Part shown: in pieces, positions 18,981 to 31,378 of the stretch
Position numbering within the stretch: the stretch's first letter is position 1
Layout of the letters: the number at the start of each line of letters is the position of its first letter
From: Amoebophrya sp. A120
Lineage: Eukaryota > Protista > Dinoflagellata
Length of the DNA stretch: 64,000 nt
Assembly (NCBI GenBank): GCA_905178155.1
Contig: CAJINV010000001.1
Span: 11,505,571 to 11,569,570, forward strand
Reading direction: 5' to 3'
Notes under the pieces: model-generated
Told to the model about the DNA's origin: nothing
The model's input: the letters and a program-made list of their open reading frames with translations, nothing else
The model's database searches: none
Made by a program: the position numbers and the translations under genes

Positions 18981-21421
18981 GTTTGCAATCAAAGTTGTGA
19001 TAGACAAGGTAAGACAAATCCACACATCGCCCTAACGGCACCTACTGAGACTTAGATCTGGAAAGGAACGGACCACTATCTGCCCTCAAAAGCACTACAG
19101 CAGCCTGGTAGTAGAAGAGAAAGAGAGAAAGGTTGACTTGGCGCGGGGCCTCAGAAGCGACCTAGCTACCCGAGCCCTACATCTAACATTCCGCACACTG
19201 TCGGATCCAATTTCCGATCTAACACTCTGAGCGCGTATCCTTTGTTTTTGAAGACCTTCCTTCATTTGAGCAAAAATAAACAGAGCCTCAAGCTCTTCAA
19301 AGACAAGTACTCACCTGCCGCGCAGTTGAAGCATGAGTATCAGAAAACTTCCATGTCTCTACGAAGACATGGATTGAAAAAGAAATCGTAGCAACCTGCT
19401 GTGGCCTTGCTGGCCCTAACTCACAATGGCTTTCGCGCCCACGCTAAACTGCCCCCGCTGGGGCCACCCTCTATGGTGAGAAAAAAGGAATAAACTCCCC
19501 CCGCTGGGGGATGCCCTCACTGGCGCCACCTACTTCGGTGTAGAACAAAAGGGCAAAAATTCACCTAAACCTACGTCCCCCAGACGCACATATCGATGAC
19601 TCTACATCGCTCCTCCCCACTCTAGGGGAGGAGATCGCAAACGTGCAATAGCTTCTACGGATCTGCCAGCCGATATAGTGCGAACGGGGGACCCCAAATC
19701 CCAGTTACTACACGAAAAGGATCTACCGAGGTAGATATGTCATTAAAAAATTGAAACTGTATATATGAGTAATTCTTGATCAAATTCATGCGAGCGCTTT
19801 CTCGCTGCGTCGCTATCTTCATGACCTTCACGAAGATTTATAATGAGGCGAGGGCGAAAAGCTAAACGAGAAAAAAAGTCAAAGGAACAGGAGACAGACA
19901 GCACTTCCTCTATTTTTTTCCGCGTTACGTTGACGCCTCACGTCGGCCGTTTTGCTCAACTCGACCTCGCAGCAGCGCCTGCCTCTCCTTCATTTATCTC
20001 GTCGCTTTACTACGAAGAAAAGTTTAAGTTGAAGCTACTCGGCAGCTCGATATTATTCTCTCAGGGCTCGAAGCAGCCAGGGGAAAAAGACATCCCCGCA
20101 AAGAAAAGGCATCGACATCTTTCATTAAAGGTACACCTACACGTATAGGCCTACCGGCGGCAACCTAGCACTACGTATCTTCGGCGAAAAAAGTCGCATC
20201 AGCTTCACCGTCACCTTTTTCTTACTCTCCGCCTGCTTGGCTACAAGAGCCGGGTTTTGAATTTATGAGTACTCCTCTCGTGTAGTCTTTGCTCGTCGAA
20301 CTCATGAAGCGCCCCTATAATTCATCACATGGATTTTTTTTTAGCCGCATCCACTCAGCAGCAAGTAAGTCCTGGCACTTTCAGTTGTTTTTCAGCTGTA
20401 ACACTAGAACGCACACGATAAAAATGAAAGAGGCGACGCGTTTGGTACTAAATAAAGCTGCAGTAACGACAACGATTCACAGCGAAAGAACGACGAAAAT
20501 TAATGACGACCTCGGCGAGGTTTCTACTTCTGCTTCTATCTACTCAAAATAACCAAACTCTTTTCTAGCGGATTTTTCATGTGCGAAATTGTCGAAAGCG
20601 GGAAAGAACAATACGGTAGTCTTTTACAGAAGATTATCATCAAGATATTATTTTCGTGTTCGTCGCTCTCATGGTCATACAGTCTTTGTTTCCTTTGCAA
20701 TTGGCGCACGAGAATGGGCTGTGTATTTCAAACAGACAAAGTTATGCGCATATGATTGTTCTCCGGCTTTTCCAGCAATCAAGCCTGGAATGGTGTCAAC
20801 ACTAATCATTAAACTTTTACTTTCTTCCTTAGAAGGGTCAACTGTACTTTTACTTTAATCTGTGTTCTCTACTGAATGTCAATCCAGAGCATTTTATTGC
20901 GTCAGAAGTGGATGAAGGTTGATTTCTTGTTAGCGTGAAAACTATTGTGGGAGCTGCAAAAACTGCCATGAGTCATGCAGACCTATGCTGGCCTGGTGGC
21001 CTTATCACCTCCTGCGGACCTACTAACTTCTCAAGCGACGCTGCCAAGATTTTCGTCAGGCACTCCGGAATGCCTGCTGCCCTGCGTGTTTGTACTGGCT
21101 GTCCCCTGTGTATCCGGGTCGGGGGGTATGAACTTCCAGAAAACTATTACGGCCGGCGCTTGCAGAAAAGAGGTGTGCTTCTCCTCCTGTGCGTACTTGT
21201 TGGAACAAGGGCATTAGCGCTAATGCTAAACAATCAGCTACAGAAAGTCACTATGCGTAACACGCAACGATTGCCCATGGGCGAGGACGACTGCTGTTGA
21301 GTGGTGGTAGCTAGTGAATCTACTTATCCATCCAACCGAAATCCACCGACGTAATCATACGTCTTTCGCTGAAGTAGAACAAGTCCTTTTACTACAACAC
21401 GCCACCCGTTTTTTGTTCCCA

Positions 21422-24400
21422 TCAGGTACTTGTGCGCGTGGGCACCGTTTCTATATTGAACGCATCCGCCGCATTATCGCCTTTGTAACTGCTCGAGTCT
21501 TCGTCTATCCCGACTGCGTTCCCCGTTGCTCCAGGCGACGAGTTCAGGAGCGTTGCTTGGCCGCCGCCAAGGCGCGCCGTGCTACTTCGTTCCTCTGCTA
21601 GACTACCACCCCCTGGCTGCAATGCCGACCGGTCGAGTGGGTCCGGGAGCGGGTGCGTGCCGGGTTTCTGCGGCTTCAGCTCGATGTAGCTGAGATTCTT
21701 CCGCTCGTGGTACATCTGGACGTGCAGCGGTGTGGGGAAGAAGAGCATGTTTGCGCCCTCGATGAGGAAATCCGGCAAAAGACAGACCATCACCGCACCG
21801 AAGGTGACTATCCACCCGGAAGCCGACCCGTAGATCGCGGACATCATGTCGTATACGTTCCACTGGAAAATCTGCGCGAACCATTCCGTCTGCGTCATGA
21901 AAGCCAAACACGCGAAGTAGAAGAAGAGGTTGAAGATCAAGATCCCGAGGGAAAGCTTGATCCATTTCGTCGTGATAACCAGCAGTCTCAGGTTGACTAC
22001 AATCACCATGCAGCTGAACATAAGCACGGAGCACCACCAGAATCCGCCGACGACACCGGTGCTGTCGTAGGCGGTGGAGCCGTAGCCAAAGAAGGGAATG
22101 ACGAAGCAGACAAACCCGTGGTACATGGCGAGAAACACCCACTGGCCGAACACACGGGCGTTGAAGAACACGCGGTGCGGCCCGGCTTGGTACAAATACG
22201 GGTTGGCCCGGGCAACCGCACCGCTCACGTCCCCGTCGAAAGAAAATGAGAAGATGGAGGCAAAACTCGTCCACAGGCCGTTGTAGCAGGTGGAAAACCA
22301 AGTCGGAAAAATGACTTGCCCGCTGTAACCCGCAAACGCCGTCCAATACGCGTCGCACATCGTCAAAGCGATGTTCTGCAAAGCAAATAGAAATTATATT
22401 TTTGTCGGGTTGTATAAACTAACTAAATACGTACTAAATACGTGATGCTGCATGTGTGCTAAATACGTGACTTGGTTTTTTTTGTTTGTGTACTAAATAC
22501 GTGATGCTGCATGCTGTCATGCAAGTCAGGAAATAAAACGTGCTCTTGAACAACATGCGATAGAGCTCATGTAGTTGCAACATCACCGATCAAAACTCCA
22601 TCAACATCTCTACGGTAAAAATAAGTACCTTGTAGAAGTAGTAGCACATAAATGTCGCTACTCGTCGATACGCTCCCCTGCCGTGGTCGAGAATCAGTGG
22701 CTCTAGAAAGCGGAACTGTGAGATGGCGAAATCACTTGCCTGCACGGCTTGGGTGCCTTCTACGCCACGGATTCCCACACCGACGTGAGCTTCCTGAATC
22801 ATCGCAACATCGTTGGCGCCGTCACCTTGAAAAAAAAAGACATGATGGGAAATAAACGACGTCTTCGATAGCTTGTACAAAACTGTTCACAAAAAACGCG
22901 GACGCTAATGCAAGATTCTGATTCGGTGAGAAAGAGAAAGACAAGAACATGCGGGAATGGGAACTGCAACTAACAAGCACTCCAATACTACAGGCGTCTA
23001 CACTATTTCAGAGCAGGATCTAACCAAGCGCCGGCTACAACGAGCTAAATTGATACCGATGCTCAGCGTGATAACTTCTGGCAAATTTTGTCGGATCACC
23101 TTGACGACAAAGGCTTTCTGCTTGGGTGCTACTCGGCAGCAAATCACGGCTTTCGCCGCCATGACCACCCGGAAAAAGAGCTTGATGAGCGCGACATCGC
23201 CCGACCCGGTAATCGCGGTCATCGTATCTCCGTCAAGTGCAAGGCCCACGCTTGCTCCGGCGGTGGATACTTGGAGCACATCCGTCAGGGCTTCCTCGAT
23301 CTTTTTGACCTAAAAAGCGGTACTCACGACAGTATTTCTTATCTACGTATACATTTTGCGATGCCGATCGTGTAGTTCAAGTTCTTCATGGTGATTACAT
23401 CTTCACGGCGAGCAAGAAATACGTGAGTCGACTTCGCCTCCAAGATTGATTTCTACTGTTCGCGTCCAAGACAAACGCTTGAGCGTCTCTCTGTGTTGTT
23501 GTTCACACAGTCACCAAAAAAGAAACAGTACTGAGTACCTGATCCAGCCCGGTCAACTTTTTGATCACCATTGATTTGTCCAACAATCGACAGCTGAAAC
23601 CTATGTCAATAGCGGTCTCCACTTTGTCGCCCGTGAGTACCCAAACACGAATCTGTGCGGAACGCAGCGTTGCGATGGCCTCCGGGACCCCTTCCTGCAG
23701 CATGTCTTCCACGGCCGTGATGCCTACGTACTGCAGCTCTGTTTCGACTTCCGCCGCGCAAGCCGCTATCAGCTTCTCCTTGTTGTCTAGCGCGATGCTG
23801 GCCTTGTGAAACCGGTCTGCCCACCCGTCGTACCACGCGGAGCCGCCGGCTTCTTCGGCGTCGGGCCGCAGGTCCTTCAGGGTCTTTTTCGCGCACACCA
23901 AGGTTCGCAGACCCTCGCTCGCAAACGCCACGAGCTGGTCGTGCGTCACCGGATCTATGTTTATGTTCGTGCGTGTCTTCTCCACGCCGGGCCGCGACGC
24001 TCCGACGGTGTCGCCGGCCTTGTTTCGGGATTCCAACAAAGGTAGTACCGTCATGTCCGCGCCTTTGGTCATGATCTCTATCTTCTGCTCGGTTTTGTTT
24101 TCTACTATCACGGACATGCGCTTGCGATCGCTGTCAAACTCCAGCACCCCGTGCACCTTGTACTCCCGTATTGCGCCGTCCGCAAGTTCCACGGTCAGTT
24201 CGCCGTTTAGCGACTTCGTAAGCCTTACGCCAGCCGCAGCGGCGCCCTGCACAAGCGCAACTTCATCAGGGCTGCTGCCCTGGTACTTGCCGCTCTCTGG
24301 GTCGATCACCACGGCGTGGCAAACAGAAAGTAGAAGGAAATAGTCGAGCGCCGCCTTGTTTCCTGTTTGATGTTGTAATACATCCGATGAACATCGACTG

Positions 24401-27245
24401 CAAAGTCAAAAATTTAAAAGAAAACGCACGGCACCATGAAGAAAAATCATTTTCGGAAGCTAAAAATTACGACTTTGCGTGAGAGCTACAAAAACTTCGC
24501 GTTTGCGGCCCAGCATACGCTCGTGTTTCATTTGAATAACGGCGGTATACTCAATTTATAAAATTAACTGAAAAAATCGATTACACTTCGCCACTATCCG
24601 CTCGTGATTCCATTTTCCATTCTAAAAATATTAAAAAAAAGATCTTTCAGAAATGATCGAAAACGCACGGTACCCTAATTTACCACAAATACACTTCGTA
24701 CTTGTCAAGCCTACGCTACGCTTTCAACTGGATCGCGTCGTAATTAGGTATAGTTGCATCCCAATACACGAAAATACCTTTTTCGAAAATGTCTTTGTAG
24801 GGCTCTTCGTCGCCGACGATTCCGTATACAACTGATGGTTTTGCAACTCCTGCACCAGCCACAACCGCGTTCTCGTCTTCCGCGGCGGCTAGTCTTTTCC
24901 GTGCCTCTTCCAGCGCCTGGTTCGTTGGTGGTCCGTACACTTTCCCCTCTACGCTTCCGCGCACGTACTCCATTTTGTTGCAGGTGAGCGTGCCCGTTTT
25001 GTCTGAAAACACAATCTCCACCTGCCCGAGTTCCTCCATCAGGTCCGAGTTACGGCACAGCGCGTCGCCCGTCTCGTGCTTCATGGACTCGTCTGTCGTC
25101 ACGAAATAGGCCAAAATCAACTTCGTGACCTCCATATCAAATGTAAAAATGTCTGGGTCTGGAAGAATGCAAGATTTGTGATGCAGGTTTTCCATGACGC
25201 ATGAGGTCTCGAATGCGAGATCCAGCATGACAGATTCTCTGAGGTCTCTATCACGCCTTTCCTGCATGAGAAACTCCCTCTCAACTTGGTCAAAAGCGGA
25301 CAGCTTTTGGCACTCACGCAACACAGATTTTTGCATCATTCAGATTTAGCATGACAAGTTCTAATCTTCCAGACCCAGACATTTTTACATTTGATACTCC
25401 AACGCGACGTACAAACTCATCGGAATCAAGTGCGAAAACGTCACGATGAAAACGCCAACCTGAAGTAGACCGTGATTTCGATTTCGTAATTCGAAAAAAC
25501 ACATGAAATCTTCGAAGTTGACTTTGTGCAAGTGGTCGTGGATCCTCTTCCTGCAGAGCCAACATTGATTTCTTAGTCTTTGCATTGAAGCACGACAATA
25601 TAATCCTACTCATACTCCAACAAAAGTATGAGACCATCCAATCGTTCTTGAGTTGCAGCAATGAATTACGTCTACGGTTACGAAAAGGTGGAACCTTTAT
25701 AACGAATCCGTAGAAGGACGTGTCAAATTCTCCCTTCCCGTCGGTGTCTTTAATCTGGAGGTAGTCCGCTCCGGAGTCTTTGTACTTGCTTTCCCAGGCC
25801 ATGGCGCAGATTGCGCAGGCGACGACTGTGATGAAGAGGATAAGGAACAGCCCGTAGAGGAGTTTGTTCAACACATGCTGCATATTGGGCATCTTCGCGG
25901 GGGCCTCACGACTGTTCAGCATTGCCTTGGTGTCCCCGCCGGTGTAGACCGCAAGGCCGAACACACTGTCCGTGTTGCGGAGCGTGCAACCGCGGAAGAT
26001 GATGTTGTCCAAGTTCAGTGGCGTGCTGGGCCTCTCGCCTACTTTGAAGCTTCCCTTGAAAACTGTCATGTTCTCGTGCGGGGGCTCAACAAGAACCTGT
26101 CGTTGGAATGCAACGCGTTGAATGACAAGAGAGTTGAGTGAGCGCTACACAGAAACAAAAAAATACGACTTCTAACTACGAGTAGTCGTGTCAAAAAACG
26201 AAATGGCAATTTGCGTTTTTTTCCTTGCTTTAAAGAAGAGAAACAACGCACCGCAATGAAACTGAACTCAAAACTAACCGCGCACCGCCAATTTTTGCAG
26301 GTCGTGGCTCGTCTCCGTCATTTCTGCTAAGTCTGGTGGCGCGAGCTTCAACTTCAGATTTGTTTCGCCGTCCAGATTTTTGGTGTCAATGTAGCAGTGC
26401 CCGCCACCATGGGAGGTGGACATCAGCACCAAATCGACGGGCACGCCCTCGTCCTTTTTCACTTTCACGATATCGTGCGCTTTCACCTCCGCCCACGCCA
26501 TCAATTTCCAGGTTCCGTTCTTTTGCAGTACCTCGGTTTGTCGCTCATTCTCCTTCTTGTCGGACTTTTCACGCTGGTAGTCTTCGTATCGATCTTTAGC
26601 CGCGGTCCAACAGAGCACGAAAAGAAACGTGAGTACCTGGTGGTGGTTTCGCTTTGCTTTCAGAAGTGAAGAAAGCCTGGGTGACAAAGTCATGTACGTA
26701 GTACAGCTAATACCTCTGTGTTGTATCTACTTTCTAAAATCGAAATCTATCGTTACTGTTGGCGCCGGCATCTTCGGGGAGAATGGCATCATCTGCAAAA
26801 CACAGATGATTGCGAAGTAGATGTTCGCGGACCGTCGAAACTGGAAATACACCGAATGCGGCAGCCACAGAGCGATGTAGCTCGAAAAGCGCTGCGTGCG
26901 AATCCGATTGTCCTCCTTGTAGGGGAGCGGCTCCTTCTCGTTGAACTGAGACGATATCCTTGGTCGCATATTTCGCCCGTGCGTTTCTTTTGGCTTCAGC
27001 CAACCGACAGATTCCCGCACACTTCTTGACAACCTTGAGGGTAACGGATCTTTGTGTTCCAGGTAGTCCGCGACCGTTTCCTCTTTCTGCGGCCCGAGTC
27101 CCAAACTAGACGCGACCGCGCCGGACACGCTGGCGCGTGACGAAGCCGTTTTTTCCAAGAAGCTCGTGCGCCGCGGTGTCATCTCGGCAGACGACGTGGG
27201 GTCGTGATGATCCCCAGGCGTCGAGACCGAAAGGTGCGAAGACAT
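21422..27245 (-). CDS. P4-type ATPase (phospholipid flippase), ~9 exons
   Basis: [102 protein letters not shown] introns include 26637..26756, 25460..25694 and 23310..23538; one TIR-element interruption. The extreme C-terminus could extend further by splicing. Confidence 0.95.
22419..22513. repeat. Short dispersed tandem repeat (CTAAATACGT[GATGCTGCATG]) x4 in an ATPase intron
   Basis: CTAAATACGT occurs four times; two copies extend with GATGCTGCATG. Confidence 0.8.
25135..25396. mobile_element. Introner/MITE-like element copy 2 (262 bp), in P4-ATPase coding sequence
   Basis: Perfect 32-bp TIR TATCAAATGTAAAAATGTCTGGGTCTGGAAGA and perfect 5-bp TSD CTCCA (25130-25134, 25397-25401). Removal with one TSD restores SLYVALE|VTKLILAYF. 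Confidence 0.95.
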
Positions 27246-28374
27246 TTTCGTAGTAAGTTGTACAACTATGTGACCTGAAAATTCGCTCCGGCAGTCTGCA
27301 ACCAGAGGCGGGCAACAAGAGGCCCACACAACCACAAGGTCGCGCTACCAAAGGCGGCCTTCACGGAGCAGGTCGGGGTGGTCGTAGGCCTCTGCACACC
27401 GGGGACCAGCCGCTACCGTTTCTTGGTTCAAGACCAACCTGCTTCTGTCATGATCTGCGAGGAGAGTCATTCGCAACAAGATCAACAGAAGCAGCTAAGC
27501 AGTGGAAGATAATCATGGTAGCTCAACTTTATTCCCGGATAGTGATACTACCGATAGGTACGAGTCACAGGATCTTACATCAATCGCTTTATTGCCAAGA
27601 ACCGCGCCTTCCACTTCATCACAATAGCACAATAGCGGTGATAGTTCTTGCATGTGCGTCACCTCAGTTGCGTCGAATCACGACAAACATAAAAAACCTA
27701 AACCACATTTCTCTACGTACTACAAAGGTAAGTAAACTCTAACTGGATGGAGGGACCGACTCCTTCCCTCCTTGTCAGAAGAAAAAAAAACGACGGATGT
27801 TGCAGCCGAGGTTCATTCCGATCGTTTTTCTTTTTGTTCGTAATCAAGCAAAAAAAGACTAACCAAAACAGATTCTGATGCCACAAACACATTGGTGGAG
27901 CTAGTGTTTTTCTTTCTACACCACCAGCCGAATCTGATTCTGTCGAATTCGAGAAACAAAAAAAATCAAGACGAACAGCCCACGTTTTTAACGTTGGATA
28001 GCGTCAAACCTATGCCTTTGAAAAGAGGCTGGCAGGAAACAGCACCTCCGCTGGAAGTAAAGTATCGACATCCATCGCTTGTGCCCTTCCGGCTTCCATT
28101 TCCGCTGTTGATGAAACGTTTCTACAAATCAAAAAACAAGCATTTTTAGTGCAGCTTGTTTTTGAAAGTAGAATGATCGAGAATGGCATTTTTATTACAC
28201 AGAAACAACGTATTTTTCTTCGAAACAAAAAAATCCAGCGCAAGCTTCTCGGCGTATCGCTCAGTTTGTTTTTGTTACAGCTCAGTTTTAGAAGTTGTAC
28301 CAGCTACCAAAGAACAAAAGTAACATCAAGCTCTGCTATTCATAAGAAACGAAAACGAAATAGTGCTGCTCTGC

Positions 28375-29387
28375 TCACTCTTCAGGCTCTTCCTCCTCTA
28401 CATCTTCGCCCTGTGCTTCACCTTCCCCCGGCGTCTGCTCGTGCTCTCCGTCCGCTTCGAAAAATGTGTTGGTGCTCGGATTTCGCAGGTAAGCATTCGT
28501 GTACACCTGCTCGGCCATGTCCTTCCCACCCTTGCTTCCTATCTGCAGAAATGTAGTTGTGTAGGCAGCGGAGTTGCAGTTGGCATTTGAAATGCGAACT
28601 TGTTGCCGTTCCAGGGTGGTTCTGCCGTTGTAAAACTGCGTTGGTCGAAGACGGGCGGCGGAATTTGTACTTGAGCTTGACCCCGTCCAAGACCGGACCG
28701 AAGGGACGAGCTCTTTTACTGCAGGAGCCTGGTTGCCGAAGCCGAGATGAGACTCCTGCTTGTTCCACCGAGCAATAATGTGATGCATTTTTCCTCGACG
28801 TTGCATGTAGTTCGCGCCGTCGCGTGGATGCAAAAGCGGGGTATCTGCACCAGTCGAAGGGGATGCTAAAAATGAACTTCGTCCAATTTCGAGAAAGCTG
28901 TTTACATTCTTCGCTCGGGACAACAGATCATCCACGGTTGGGCCGCCGGTGACGCTGTTTCCCGCGGCTGCCTCCTGAGGAGAGCCGGGCGGTGGCGTGG
29001 TGTAGGTCGCCAGGCCGGCTTTGGGCAAGGTGGGGATAGCGCTCGGAAAGTGCGGCACGGGAACGGTGTAAACGAATTTCTCTAAATTTTTCGCAACCTG
29101 CGCAATCTTCTCGGCGGCCAGGTTGATCCGGATCGCCAGGTTGGTTGCGTCCTCCTTCAACGGCTTTACTGCCCACTGCGCTGCCTGCTCTATGAAGAAA
29201 AGAAAAAACTACACGCCAGTGCACTATCAGTTCGTGTCCCAATACTTACTATGACTATCAATGCAAAAAATCTAAATCAGTCTTGAAGAGAACTGATAGG
29301 GCTAACATGATTTTTTGTCTTCTTCATATGAGCTAGGTCCAGGGCGTTGGCCGCCATCTTCGTGGAAATGGAGAGATCGACCGGCAT
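28375..29387 (-). CDS. Hypothetical protein, probably 2 exons
   Basis: MPVDLSISTK...KTKNH exon can be joined in phase by a GT-AG intron (~29188..29306) to the 261-aa ORF; acidic C-terminus; no domain recognised. Confidence 0.55.
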
Positions 29388-31378
29388 CTTGATACTTTTT
29401 GTTGAACGACGAGGTATGTTTTGCCGTGGTAAAATTGCTTTCGCAACAGAACGGGAGTAGCAATATTGACACGAAGGCTCAAAACACTCTCTAATTCGCG
29501 CCTTCACCCGTGGGCACAGCACAGGATTGAAGTGCTGAGACAAAGAAACAAACTAAAACGATACAGAATCAAAGACTTTCAAGAATTGAAAACATGTTAG
29601 TGCGATAGGAAATCCGGACGGTCACAATCATGGCTTTCTCTGAGGAGTGAGGACTTTGATAAAGTACACTGTCTACAAGCAACATGTCGACGGACCATCT
29701 CATCTCGTGTTCGACTCTCAATCGCAACAAAGCACATCCAACTCAATAATTTCCGCAAACTCTCAACGAGCCACTGCTGCAATGTTCCGGGAAAACGAAG
29801 ACCACAAGGAAGAGGCAGTTGCTTCACACAACAAGCACGATAGCATTGTTTGTTGATGTTTTGATTTATTTATGGGGGGGCCTGCAACAAGCGACGACTA
29901 AAAGCGATTCGGTTACTCATCCTCGTATCGCACAGCGGCTTTCTAGTTTTAGCTCCAGAGGTTCTACTGCGCTTATATTTCACCTGTAGAGGTGGAAGCG
30001 ACTCAGGAACTCAAGCTGTAGCTGTCTCGTGTTAAGAGTTAGAGTGCCATGATTAGATATTAATTTTCTAAAGCTGTTTCTAAACCTGCAGGCAGCTACA
30101 CATTGCTTGGCGTGTCGTGGGCGAGATCAGGATTAGGTTGTCACAACTTTCTGGTGCTCGCCTCGCCAGAACCGAATGCTTTATAATCAAATGCTTCAAG
30201 CAAAAGTGGTATCAGGGGGTACTGGAGGTCGTGGTAAATAAAGGAATAATTAATGTTTTACACATGCCCATGGGGAGTCATGCTGATAGTTTTTTCAAGC
30301 TTGTGGTCGTTGAGCTACTTTCTTATCACCGCGGTAAAATGTGCAAAGCTCTATAGCAAGAAGCAATTTAGTATGATGAAATGCGTGTCAATTGATCCCA
30401 GCGATACGGGAATGCTTCTAGAAAAGCGAGCGAGCACTCCACTGAGGAGAACCCACCTCGCATTCCCTGGAAAGCCTCCTCGTACCAAAATACGGTGCAA
30501 TACTATGGCAAAAAATGTATGGTGCTACTTACTTACTAGAGTGTCAAGAGTTTTGTTATTTCGGAAAAAAAAACAAGCAGCAGTACATATGAAGCGGGGG
30601 CAATAATATGGCTATTTTGTTTGAAATAACGAAAACGGCAAAGAATCATCGATGTTAGGGTTCCGAGCCATCACGTAGCCCAGATCATTAAATGTGGTGT
30701 GCAGAGCGGTGTTTTCGCAAAGAATTTTTTTTGGTTTTTCCGACTCCACGATAATAAAAGATTTCTTTCAAAAAATTTCTTCGAACGGTGTAAATGCGTG
30801 TTTTTTGCTGAAGAGATCACTTCAAGGAAGTATGACAAAAACTGGATGAAAAGGAAAAAAAATTTTCTGAGAATCTTACGAAAAAAATGCGGTGCAAACT
30901 TTGTCTCCTCTACTACTTCGATTTCTTGTTATACTACAACTGCGTCCTTCCATTGCGTCTTTTCGATATAGCTTGCAAAAAAATACACCATAATTGCCTC
31001 CGCATTGACAGGCTGATGTCCGGGAACACGAGTGCCACTGACTTTTAATGCGAAGTGCATCTCAGATATATCTACTGCAAATCGAAAACTAACGCACGTT
31101 GAACTGAAGCAGAAGCTCCTCCTACTCATACTCAAACTCATCACAAAAATTGACTGATAACATACTCAAGAAAAAGCTTTTAGATTGAAGCATTCGACTG
31201 AAAATTTTGCTTCTACAAACGAGTTTTCCGCACAGACACTTCGCATTCTATTCCTCTCTTGAAGAATGACGAATCCGTCCTGCTTAAATTCTTCTCAACT
31301 ACAACAAGTGATATGTACCACTTTCGTGAGCGAAATTTTGTACGTGACAGAAGTTCACGTGAATGACAAAAACTGAAC

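Larger units (their letters stand above)
12800..19740 (-). mobile_element. Tyrosine-recombinase (DIRS order, VIPER/Ngaro-like) retrotransposon; boundaries approximate
   Basis: Three intronless co-oriented ORFs: YR, CCCH gag-like, RT-RNaseH. Limits estimated from the compositional change only; no terminal repeats identified. Confidence 0.8.

Noticed and set aside
20935-21300. GC-rich patch downstream of the ATPase (plus-strand 121-aa ORF, or an extra minus-strand exon YAQEEKH...)
   Set aside because: No splice path or domain could be supported.
22419-22513. Repeat with spacers as a possible CRISPR-like array
   Set aside because: Units are 10-21 bp, irregularly spaced, intronic and eukaryotic, with no cas genes.
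23040-23056. ATPase intron starting GTATCAAT, resembling the introner TIR start
   Set aside because: No matching TGATA end or TSD; the intron is ordinary GT-AG.
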